The notes under the pieces were generated by a model. It did not search any database and was not told the origin of the DNA. It worked only from the letters and a program-made list of their open reading frames with translations. Below, piece after piece: positions 1 through 11,759 of a DNA stretch of 64,000 nucleotides (positions are counted from its first letter, which is position 1; the number at the start of each line of letters is the position of its first letter). Made by a program: the position numbers and the translations under genes. This DNA comes from the human T2T-CHM13v2.0 reference genome, Homo sapiens, in assembly GCF_009914755.1 (NCBI RefSeq), contig NC_060938.1; one strand, given 5' to 3'.

Positions 1-816
1 CCAGGATGTGTCTGTAAATGTTGTCTAGGAGCTAGGGCCTGGAATAAGAGCCTCAGGACTCTGCCCAGTGCTATATCCTACTGTGCCTGAGCTGGTACAT
101 AAGCTGCAAGTCAAGGTCCTCTCTACTCTTCCCTCCCAAGTAGAAAGGAATGAGCCCTTTTCAGAGCTGCAAGCTGCCCTGCGTGGGATTGGGGGAAGGG
201 TGATGCAAGCACTCCCTTGGCCTCCCCTGCTGATGTCTCACTAGGTCATATTCCCCCTTTCCCTCACCAAGTACACTGGCTCTGAGCCCAATACAGCACT
301 AGAACTTGTGTAGGAGTTACAGTTTGTGGCCACCCTTTCAAGTTTATGGAGGATCATAGAGCACTTTAGCCCATGGTGGTGAGGCTTGCCAGAATTCAAG
401 TTCCAACCACAGGGTTGGGCGATTCCCCTCTGGCCAGGGCTAGTTGAAATGCCCCCTTTGTGGGTATTGGCTGTGTTCTTCCCTGTGTTGCTTTCTCAGT
501 GGAACTCAGGGCAGTACTGAGTTCCAGTGCAAAGTCTCATAATCACTGTGCTCTTCCCCCGACAACAGCACAGATTCTCCACACCACATGGCCACTGCCA
601 GGGGACATGGGAGGGATGGCAACGAAAATTCAAGACTGCCTTTCCTACCCTCTCCAGTGCCTCTTTCAGTGATATGAAGTTAAAACCAGGAGCTACGATC
701 ACTCAGTTGATTTTCGGTTGTTGTGAAAGTACTTTTTTTGTGTAGACCGTTGATCAGTCTGGTGTTCCTGTCAGGAAGACGGTTGGTGGAGGCTTCTAAT
801 AGGCCATCTTGCTCCC
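1..816 (-). mobile_element. LINE-1 5' UTR end (older L1PB/L1MA type), continues off the left edge
   Basis: Minus strand begins GGGAGCAAGATGGCC, the typical L1 5' terminus with a YY1 core (GGCCATCTT at 802-810). GC-richer 5'UTR-like sequence follows. Confidence 0.75.
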
Positions 817-1971
817 TAGTTCCATCAGTTGGGTCATCTCTGTCTTTTCCTGCAGATTACTTCAGTTTGTTTTCCTTTATCTCATTTGTAATTGAATTTG
901 GATATCTGCATAGAAAGTAGTGATATAAAAAGCTTCACTTTTTTTTTTTCTGCTAGACCATTAGTGTTGGAGGTTGGGTTAGTCTTATCAGGCATGTAGG
1001 CATGTGTTATGCTTAGAATTTGTTTTTTATATTTTTTTTCAGTGCCTTACCAGGTTCAAATTCCACTAACGTTACTGTGTGCTTAGGGTGGGAGGTTGGG
1101 TGAAGAAGGTTTTTCTCAATGTTACTGTTCAACTCTCAGCTTTTAGCATTTCCTATGAAGATGCAACACAAAGGGACTCAGTCTCTATGCTTTTGTCCCT
1201 CTTCCATGTTAGACTGCTCTTGCTTATTACTTGATAATGGCTACTCTGGCAGTGTAGTAAGAGGATTCGGTTTTCTTTTTCAAGCTTCAGTCATAAGCAG
1301 GTCTTGTTTGCCTTTGTCTCAGGGACGGGACTTTCTCAGTGACCCTCTCCTGTTTTCTTTAGCCGTCAAACTCTGCCCCATGTCTTTGTTGTGTCTTGTA
1401 TGGGTAAGAATTTCCTATTCTTCCTCCAGTGTTAGGACATGTGTAATGTTATTGTTGTATTAATACAATCATGGGCATAGGATGACTTCTGGACCCTCTC
1501 TTAGTGGTAGTGTTTTCCCCCCTTAACCTTTCCTCACCTGTAATATATTCTGGAGTATATAGAGTTTGCTACTCTAACTTATGCTTTTTATTTGGTTTCA
1601 GGGAAAAAAAAATGACAGCATTTCAGACATTTCCCACAGTGGCTTCTACTGTCTCTCAGATTTCCTATGTGAACCCAGTGGATATATATGGGGGAAAAAA
1701 AGGCCTGAATACCTGCAACTGTCTTTTTTTTCATTAACTACCAGGGGTCCTGTATTCTCACACAAGCTTACACTCAGCCTTTAGCAATTTATTAACCTTT
1801 TTACCTGATTCTTCTTACCTGCTTGCATGACACCCAGAGCCTGCAGTGCTCAGCTACTGATAAGCCAGTGCTTACTCCACCTCTCTTCCCAGAGGAGCTC
1901 ATTTTTTCATAGTTTTTAGTCTAGTTTGTCATTTTTCAACTATAGTTCTCTGATGGATGTTTAAATTTTAT

Positions 1972-2263
1972 GGCCGGGTGCAGTGGCTCACACCTGTAAT
2001 CCCAGCTCTTTGGGAGGCTGAGCCAGGCAGATCATGAGGCCAGGAGATCAAGACCATCCTGGCTAATATGGTGAAAACGCATCTCTGTTAAAAATACAAA
2101 AAATTAGCCGGGCGAGGTGGCAGGCGCCTGCTAGTCCTAGCTACTCAGGAGGCTGAGGCAGGAGAATGGCGTGAACCCAGGAGGTGGAGCCTGCAGTGAG
2201 CCGAGATCACGCCCCTGCACTCTAGCCTGGGCAACAGAGAGAGACTCCTTCTCAAAAAAAAAA
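1972..2263 (+). mobile_element. AluY-class SINE, full length
   Basis: GGCCGGGTGCAGTGG start, dimer linker, Y diagnostics (GAGATCAAGACCATCCTGGCTAA; GAGAATGGCGTGAACC), A-tail. Confidence 0.93.
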
Positions 2264-2429
2264 ATTACCATTTTCTAATTTAGCCAGATGTGTTTTGGAT
2301 AAGTGGTTGTGACACTCTTCAGCTTTCTCAATCCTATGTAAAAATGTTTTTCTCATATTTAAAAAAAATTAGTGATAACAAAATAATAGATTTTTATGTG
2401 CCACAAATTTTATCAGCAGTAGTAATAGA

Positions 2430-2650
2430 TGGCATCTAGTGAGTGCCCAAAGGGTACAAAGAACTCTGCTAAGTGTCTTGCGTGCATTATCTCATTTAGT
2501 AATCAGCCCCACCAAATACTTACAAGGTAGGCAATACTGTATTAAAATTTATAGGTAAGACCCTTATGACTCAGAATTGTAGTATAACTTGCCTGTGGTT
2601 ACATAGTAGTTAGGTGGACCGAGGATTTCAATCTAGTTCAGTCCTACTAT
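2430..2650 (-). mobile_element. MIR SINE fragment
   Basis: Degenerate reverse complement of the MIR core (TTATCTCATTT...AACTTGCCTGTGGTTACATAG). Confidence 0.6.
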
Positions 2651-3824
2651 TCTGCTTTAAAATTCAATAACTGCCTGAAATATACCAATGAATGCCATTC
2701 ATAAAATATTGCTTAATTCATGATAAATATACAAAAGGCAATATTTTTTCTATATTGGCCTAAAGGGAACCCAGAAGCTAATTTATACATTCACGCCCAT
2801 TATTTTTTAGTAAGAGAGTTGGAGTGGTAGGACAGGTGGGTGTCAAACAACATTAGAAACAGATTTCAACAATTTATTCATTAAATGGAATATAATGTAA
2901 TGGAGACTCCTTTAACCAAAGAGAAATAGTAATTAATAAATAAGTATATTAGTAATAAAGTATATTACTAATTATACTGAATGCAATAAATAGCATTGGT
3001 ATAGTAGAATCTTATCAGATCATCATCTCCTCTAATGAACTGCAGAGTTCAGCACTACCTAGATACTTTGAATAGCAGGGGCAGGAGGACTTTGTTATGA
3101 TCATAATACTATATTACATTGATCTTTACTTAAATCAAATTGTGTTTCCTTCTAAATGAAGAAGCTAATGCACTAGTTTAAGAGCCGCAGAGTTCCTAAG
3201 GGTTACTGCTAATGTCTGTATTTTTGTCCTGATATGAATACACTGTGTTTTAACTCTGCTGTTTTGATTTTACCTTTACAGATGCATGGTTGAGATTGTG
3301 TTCAATTCACTGAAAGATCAGACTTATTCTTCCAAATGCTAATAGAATCATTTCAAATAAACTGTATTTGGGAAAAATTGTCTTCTTAAAATGAAAACTA
3401 CCACGAGTCCATATCAAGACTTCCCCAGTTGATGTACAGATTTTTCTTTTGTTTCCCACTTTGTCACTGGACTCATGATACTTCTAGTTAATTGGTTAAA
3501 AAAAATCTTGGCATAATTGTTTCCCCCTTCCTTCTTAATCCATGTATACATGCTTGAAGAGATAGCATAAAATAATGAAAAAAATTGTTGATTTTGTCTC
3601 TTGCTGCTTATAGGACTTTCTCTTTGCCTGAAAATTTTGAAAGTTTGATTATAATGTCCTGGGGTAGTCTTATTTGGAGTGAATCTTACCAAAGATCTTT
3701 GGGTAACAATTCTAGTCTGTATTCATTTAGAAGTGTGACCTCGGGCAGCTGAAGTGACTGGAATATTGGAGGGGAATTATATGGCATCTCCTAAGATTCC
3801 TTTCAACTCAAAATTTGAATGACT

Positions 3825-3964
3825 TAAGATTTCTGTTGCTTTCAAGCCAACATTTGTGTTTATTATACTGTAACCATATTCTGTTCTCTATTTTTCACAT
3901 TTCCTGTGGATCATTTTATGTTTGACAAGAGAGTAGATTTCCGAGTTCTGCATTAGAAAGAGAC
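3825..3964 (+). repeat. Local direct duplication A, copy 1 (copy 2 at 4632-4770)
   Basis: About 140 bp aligning to 4632-4770 with about 16 differences by eye. Confidence 0.95.
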
Positions 3965-4631
3965 ATCACAAATCCTCTTAGAAAAAAGTTAAATTCTCTC
4001 AAAACCTAACTACTGGAGTGTGGGAGGCAAGAAATATGATCCTTGGCAAAATGGTTGGCCCCTAATCTTTTTCATTACACTAACATAAAAAGTCTGCAGA
4101 GTCATGGATTTTGGTATTTCAAAAACTAGTATCACGCAATCCTCAAGAACCATCATTTGGTATGGTGGCTCACGTCAATGTCTACTGTACTTAAAGAATC
4201 TCTGGTTAAAGTTCAGAAAAAGTGAAATGAAAAACATGGAGGTAATAAATCCATATCTGCTTGGGAGCAAACTTGCTACAAATAAATCATAGGCCTTTGA
4301 TTAGAAAAAGCATATGTAAGTATTTGACAGTTTTTAAGTACCAATGTTCCTTTCCCAAAGCAATCTGCTGGTACAAGTGTACGTGAAGCTGCTACAATTG
4401 TTTGGGCTAGAATTTGTTAGAGCTAGAAACTCATATGACCTCCCCAAAGGCCATTGAGGTTGTTAGTCATGTTAGAGAGCAGATGTACCCTGGGTCAACA
4501 TTTGGATGTTCTTGAGGAAAATGAATTGTAGAATGAGCCTGCATCTTAGAGGTAGTCCTGTAAGGAGTCTAACTGGTACACCTGGCTAATTTAAATAATG
4601 CAGGCTCTCTCACGCTCTCCTGAAATTAACA

Positions 4632-4770
4632 TAAGGTTTCTGTTGCTTTAAAACCAACATTTGTGTTTACTATACTGTAACTGTATTCTGTTCTCTATCT
4701 TCCACATTTCCTGTGGGTCATTTTATGTTTGGCAAGAGAGTAGATTGAGAGTTTTGCGTTAGAAAGAGGC
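4632..4770 (+). repeat. Local direct duplication A, copy 2
   Basis: TAAGGTTTCTGTTGCTTT...TTAGAAAGAGGC matches 3825-3964. Confidence 0.95.
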
Positions 4771-5047
4771 CTTAGAGTCTTGCTGAGTCTCCTCCTCCTT
4801 TAGAGACTCTTGCTGAGTCTCCTGGACTGACTTTGGCTAGCAGTGATGTCCCAGGGTACCCCAGCACTCACTCTGTTTCACCCCTTAGTGTGCTTGCCAA
4901 CCCTCTTCTCTTAACTTCTAAGAAGATCAGATATCCTACAAGCTCCTGGACTTTGACTATTCTTACTAGGGCATTACAGAAGATTGGGATATTAGAATGT
5001 TGCTGCCACACTGATTCTCAGTGACCTCACTCACTCATGGGGGAGAC

Positions 5048-5455
5048 TGATACAGTTTGGGTATTTGTCCCTTCAAAATCTCATGTTGAAATGTGACCCC
5101 CCAGTGTTGGAGGTGGGGCCTAGTGGGAGATGTTTGGTGGATTCCTCATAAATGGCTTGGTGCCCTCCTCACATAATTAGTAACCTCTCACTCTATTAAT
5201 CCTCGTGAGATCTGATTGATAAAAAGAGCCTGGCACCTCCTCCTCTCTCTCTTGCTTCCCTTCTCACCATGTGACACTCTGGCTCCCCTTGCCTTCCACC
5301 ATGAATAAAAGCTTCCTGAAACCTTACCAGAAGCCAGATGTTGGTGCCATGCTTCTTGTACAGCCTGCAGAACTGTGAGCCAAATAAACCTCTTTTCTTT
5401 ATAAATTAACCAGTTTCAGGTGTTTCTTCATAGCAGTGCAAAATGGACTAATCCA
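5048..5455 (+). mobile_element. MaLR solo LTR, MSTB-like
   Basis: TG...CA ends, MST body (AAATCTCATGTTGAAATGTGA; AGAACTGTGAGCCAAATAAACCTCTTTTC), 5-bp TSD GAGAC/GGGAC. Confidence 0.88.
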
Positions 5456-7075
5456 GGGACCCAGGAAAAGTTCAATGCTCTGGGCCAGTGGTGGTCCATT
5501 CCCTGACCTGGACATTGAGTTCTACACAGAGGTCAGAGCTCTTATCTATTCCCACCACTGCTGCCTCAGGTGTACAGCACCTTAGGGTGGCATGGGTGGT
5601 AGCAGGTACCCTGTATCTCCCACTGTTGGCATCCAGGGTAATCACTCCCTCTTCAGGATCCATGTTACATGTAAGGCATTTTCTTGGGGAAACTATATCC
5701 ATCTATCTCTGAGGAATTCTGAAACTAGAGCTCCACAATGCCAATTTCTTGCCACCAACTGATGTGTTGACACTGTGCCCTCTCAGGTGGGTCCTTAAGC
5801 CTTGCCAGGTGCCAATTAGGGACAGCCATTTCCCATGTGAATGAGTTGCTCTTCTTTCACCTTGTCTATCTTTCCCACTGATGACAGTGTGTGGAAAGCA
5901 GGAGTGTGGTAGATGTTGAAAAAAACCATAGGAATAGAGTGATTACAGCTAACGAGTTTAAGAGAAGACATGGTTAGAAAGTGTGTTATTCTGTCTTTAT
6001 GCTATATGATTCTGAATGGTGAATTTAGCGTGATCAGAAGATAATCATTCATTCACATTTTCCTTTATACTCTGTAAGATTTGCATTTGTGTTATCAATG
6101 AAGCACAGTAACAACCATGAGAGTTGTTGGAAGCAAATATCTAAGGGTGTCATGATAAAATGAGGCAGCCTCATGAGTAAATGGTATTACCAGCACTAAC
6201 TAAATTGTATTAGGGATGCTGACAGAGGCAAGAAAATCTTGTTTCAATACAAACAGTTCCTGAAGAGCCATGGCATCATGGGTTACTAGCATTGCTGTCT
6301 TCTCCGTACAGTGGGAGATAGGAAGTTAGTCTGGACCGGCATATTTGACAATAAAGAACAGGAAGAAACAGTTTCCGGACCTGAAGAGAAAGAGGTGGTA
6401 CATAGACACTAGGAGGAATCTCTTTGTGCCCTGAATGGACAGTAAACACATACAGAGCACTACTTCTCTGCTTATAATTCTAAAATAAATTATACTTCAC
6501 AAGGACCTATTGGGAGTCTGAAAAAATGTTTGCCTGAGGCCCCGTGTACCGTAGCAGTGACCTTAGAGAATGACCAAAGCAGGTAAATTTCCTTTATAAA
6601 CTGCTGTTGTTAACATAAAAAGATAAAGGGGGAGCATGAAGAAATGTCATCTATTCCTCCTCAGTAAAACACATACAGTGAGAATTTAGTGGAATACAAA
6701 CGAGGCAACATTTTGTGTATTGTTTCAGTGGCAGCACAGTGGGGGCCATTGTGAAATGGACATAGATAAAGGTGAGCAGAATGCTCATACGCACCTGTGC
6801 AGCTGAAAGAATGTCAAAAGTGATACAGGATAAATCTGTGCAGATCATTCAGGGTACCCCTTTCTCAAGGACCATGCTGAGACAATGAGAGTACATAAGA
6901 TTTATCTTCTCCCCAAGTATCTTTTATTACTTTTGCATAATAAAAGTTTCATAATCATGAAAAATAGTTATATGTTATTCAGCTAGGGCAGTTCCATAAT
7001 TTAAAATACCAAGTTGTTTTGTTGTTCCAGAGGTTTGCGCTCATATACTGAAAGCTATACATACATGTTCATACA

Positions 7076-7370
7076 TTTTTTTTCTTTTGAGACAGGGTCC
7101 CACTCTGTTGTCCAGGCTGGAGTGCAGTGGCACAATCCTGGCTCACTGCAACCTCTGCCTCCTGGGCCCAACTGATCCTCCTGCCTTAGCCTCCTGAGTA
7201 GCTGGGACTACTTGCACACACCACCATGCCCAGCTAATTTTTGTATTTTTTGTAGAGACATGGTTTTGCCATGTTGTCCAGGCTAGTCTTGAACTCCTAG
7301 GCTCAAGCCATCCACACACCTCAGCCTCACAAAGTGCTAGGATTACAGGTGTGAGGCACTGTGCCTTCCC
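7076..7370 (-). mobile_element. AluJ-class SINE
   Basis: Poly-T, GAGACAGGGTC, CTCCTAGGCTCAAG J-type positions, full dimer. Confidence 0.92.
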
Positions 7371-7931
7371 AAAAGCAGTAATTTAAAAAATGAATAAGAG
7401 TTGCCCTGTTTACTGATAGGTAGATAACAAATGGCCTAAGATATATTGATATCTTTATTCTTTTAGTTCTTTGTTCTCTGGAATTCTTTCTAATATTTTT
7501 ACTCATTTCTATGCAAAATTAACATCCAGAGAGTCAATATCTAAAATTAAGAGGAAACTGCCTTGCTATAGTATTACTGAAATAATTGCAAGAGACAGGA
7601 CAAGAGAAAACATTTTCTTAACTATGCTTATTATTGTAAATAAAATTCATCAGGCTGGTATATTACTTAGAATAATGCATTTACAATAAAATTTAGGTGC
7701 TATAGGAATAATTCACATGGAAATGCAAATATTTTAGCTAGTCAGATATAGAAGCAAGGCATGAACTACATTGTTATACTAGCTTAAAAAGTTAAAAGCC
7801 ATAAAATCATCATCTGTTTCTTTGACCATCTTTTAAAAGAAATATCTAAAAGAGATAACCTAATAGGACATGTCAGTGATGCTACTTAAACAATCCCAGA
7901 AAGACTTAATAGATGTTTAAAAGAATAAATC

Positions 7932-8245
<314 letters not shown>

Positions 8246-8299
8246 CTACATTTATTTCATTTGTTGTATGTATTCATTAGGTAAAAATTAGAAAAACAA

Positions 8300-8730
8300 A
8301 AACTGAATTTGAATGAGATGTAAATCTTCCCACAGCTCAATATTCCAATCCTTTACCTATATAGGTACCTGTTTGATGAATGGACACATATTTATTATGC
8401 ATGTCATATTTTGCATACAGTTGCAGCCTGCTTTTTTACTCATTATATCACATATTTCCATGTAAACGATACACGTGTATTATCTAGATTATTCAGTGGT
8501 TTCTAGAATTGCGCCCTGTGAAGGTACTGCAATTTATTTAATTATTCCCCTGTTCTGGGAAACGTGGGTTGTTGGTAAACAACCCTGTGATGAACACGAT
8601 TGAAAACTTATCTGTGTGCACTTGCTTGATATTTTCTTAGGATAAGAGTAGGGGAATCATTGGGTCAAGGGGTGAAAACACTTTAGGAACTTTTAATACA
8701 TATTATTATATTGTCCTCCAGAAATGTTAT
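8300..8730 (-). mobile_element. Old L1 (L1ME-like) 3' fragment
   Basis: Degenerate L1ME 3' motifs (GTGATGAACA...TTTCTTAGGATA...TTGGGTCAAGGGG...CCTCCAGAAATGTT). Confidence 0.6.
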
Positions 8731-9660
8731 TTGCTGTGCTTTTCTTCAGCAAAGGGATATCAAAGGGTTTTTGAATGCCTAAGTAATCACTTTGTTTTAC
8801 CGACTTGCATCACAAAATACTTTATGCTCTGTTTCTGTTTGTGTTTAATCAATAATGACTTCTAAACTTTGATGTTTAAGTGACTTTGTTATGATTTACG
8901 TTATAATCTGGAAACAAACTCATTTATACAAAAGGGAGGAAATCTTCATTTAATCCTTTGTTAAAACAATTAAATTTTTGTAATGAAAATAATCTACCCT
9001 GATTAATTTTATTTGCAAATGCCAATATTGGCATTAAGATATCTTTGTAGAAAAGTTTTATTGATATTCTGCTTTTTCCAATTGGGTATATACTAACTGA
9101 TGTTTATATTTTTATTTTAAAAGCTTGATAATGGATACTCAATTTTTATTAGTGCTTGCATATGAGTATCACATTTCTACTGTTTTAAAATTTTAATAAT
9201 ACACTACCCTAGACTTCATCATTTCATCCTTCTGTATCATCCCTCTAAAAGCCTGTTTCAAAGGCTTAAAACTCCTGGAAAGTTTGTTTTGTTATTCTGC
9301 TGAAATTTACAGTTGTTTATTCAATTTAAGAACAAGAAACCAAGATGCATTTTTCTTACCCGTTAAACTTTTTTTTCTATTTTAGAAAATTTATAAAAAC
9401 AAAATTAGCAGCAGGTTTGAAAATTCCATAACAGTACCATCTGTTCAAGGAGATGAGAAACATACTTCAAAAATAACTTTTCAAGCAATGGTTCAAAGAT
9501 ATGTGGGTTCTGGGATTTCCATTATTAGTTTTAGTTTTTCCATTCCCCGGAAGCATTTTCTAAGAAGTTACTTCAGTTACTGGGAATTACTGGGAATGAC
9601 TCAGATTTGCTGTTGTTATTTTGCTTTGAAACAACTTTTTATTATTAGAAAAAATTAATA

Positions 9661-9927
9661 CAGTTTGAGTATTTCTTATCTGAAAGGGTTGGGACTGGAA
9701 GTGTTTTGAATTTCAAATTTTTTTCAAATTTTGGGATTTTTGCATATACATAAATGTATCATTTGTGTATACATAAATACCTTGGGCAGGAAACCCAAGT
9801 CTAAACACAAAATCCATTTATGTTTCATTTATGCCTTATACACATGGCCCAAAGGTAAGTTTATACAGTATTTTTAATACTTTTGTGCATGGAACAAAGT
9901 TTGTGTATTTTGAACCATCAGAAAACA
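9661..9927 (+). mobile_element. Tigger4b/MER46-family DNA transposon, one end missing
   Basis: TA followed by CAGTTTGAGTATTTCTTATCTGAAA TIR-like start; internal ACCCAAGTCTAAACACAAAAT...GAACCATCAGAAA. Confidence 0.8.
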
Positions 9928-11314
9928 TAGTCCTGGTTTAAAGGAACAGATGATAACATAAATTGAAAGTTTCACAAAAACTATTTCAATATAGCTATAC
10001 ATACACACTTCCAAAGTATGTAAACATTGAAGTTTTTAACCTTCACTTAAGCTAATTAAGTATATTTAGAAGTACATTAAATCATTTTAAGTAAATGAAA
10101 ACTACCTATAAATACATTAAATCATGAGATGATACAGAAAAGAAAGAAAAGTATTGCAGATTTAATAATGGCATGTAATTCATTTCCATGAATTTCAAAT
10201 AACACACTCCAAATTTGCATGCACACGTTATTAAGTATATGGTAAATTTTCATTTGTGCTAGTGACAGCAAAGGCGGTTGCCAGTTCATGAGTATATTCT
10301 AGGCAATTTTCTGAATGATACACTTCTAATTACAACACTTTGTTAAATCATGTAACACTTGGTCCCATGGCATCCCTCCCTGCTCTGCTGGTGGCATCAG
10401 CTTGAATTACTGCATTTAGAAATGTAAGGCTGCTGTTTTACTAATTGAGACTGCTTCTGTGATAAGCCTAGAGGAAAAAAAGCTATGCTGATTCACAAAA
10501 GAAAGACCTTTACATGACAAAATACTTTGCCATAGTGAAGTGTATAGAAGAGTAAAGTATAACGTGAAAAAGCTTCGCTCCAGTAGCCTCTCTTGAAGTT
10601 ACTTTAGTGTAGAATACTGAACATTCATAAATGCTTTTAGGGGTTTTATTCATTTGAATACTTACAGAGCAAATCAATGGAAGATATTTTTCTACTATGA
10701 AATGCTGAATACTAGAGATTTTAGAAAAACAATTGGTAGTAAAATGTTTTTACTTTGTAGCTTATCAAGATTAAAAATAAGCTTCTCCATTTGTTTTGTT
10801 CTTTTACTTTGTATATAACCAGCACATATGGTCAGGCCTTGCGAGAGTGGCATATCTGGGAAAGAGGAATCACTTTGTTTCTGCTATATAGTAACTAACA
10901 AATAAGCACTCGCATTTCTTGGCTGATTGTCTTTTTGATGTACCATTTCTGTGGTGTTAATAAACATGCATGAAAGTTTACACTGAAACCAGTTTACAGT
11001 GAACCCCATTTTTTTGTGACTTGGCATTGAATTTATGAGAGCTGCCAGAACTTATTAATGTGTTCATTTTTTCTCTGTTTAATATTGCACTTTCCATACA
11101 AGCTAGGAATAGTGTTGGATGTGTAACATCTATTTTCAGCCATGACTCACTGATTTCATCAGCATATTAGGGTCAACATTCTGAGGCTAAAGAGAAAACA
11201 GACTTGGATGTAGAGGAAATGCACACTAACTTCTGATGAGATAGCAAATAAATATAAATACTACATATGACATTTAGTACTTAATATTTCCTATGTAGAA
11301 TATCATTTATTATA

Positions 11315-11505
11315 CTTATCCCAGCTCTCCCACTTGTTAGCAGTTTGGCCTTGGGAAAACTACCAAACCTCTCTATGCTACAATTTTTTTTTTTTTTAAC
11401 CTGTAAGATTGGTATAATAACATTTGTTCCACGGTTATTGTGAGGATGAAATAAGATAATACAAGTAAACTGGAAAAGTAAGCAATCTATAAATGTTAGC
11501 TTTTG
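11315..11505 (+). mobile_element. MIR SINE
   Basis: MIR core: CCTTGGGAAAA...CTGTAAGATTGG...TTGTGAGGATGAAATAAG. Confidence 0.75.
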
Positions 11506-11619
11506 TTTTGTGCCTTGAATAAAAGTGAAGTTCAATTACTGTTTTTAAAGTACATTGCTGTGGGGAAACTGGCAGAAATTTTTTTCTTGTTTCATAAAGA
11601 ATATTTGTACTTGTGTAAT

Positions 11620-11678
11620 TGTATTAGTCTGAGTTCTTCAGGGAAACATAACCGTAGGACATCTATCTATATGTATGC
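11620..11678 (-). mobile_element. MLT2-like LTR terminal fragment (host of the MADE1)
   Basis: TGTATTAGTCTGAGTTCTTCAGGGAAACATAACCGTAGGA followed by a TA-rich run. Confidence 0.5.
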
Positions 11679-11679
11679 A

Positions 11680-11759
11680 TTAGGTTAGTTCAAAAGTAAT
11701 TGCAGTTCTTGCCATTAGCAGTAATGGCAAGAACTGCAATTACTTTTGCACCAACCTAA
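11680..11759. mobile_element. MADE1 (Hsmar1-derived 80-bp palindromic MITE)
   Basis: TTAGGTTAGTTCAAAAGTAATTGC...GCAATTACTTTTGCACCAACCTAA, 80 bp, TA on the right flank. Confidence 0.95.

Noticed and set aside
10378-10400. CTCF-like motif (minus strand GCCACCAGCAGAGCAG)
   Set aside because: Lacks the GGC core at the expected position; too weak without data.
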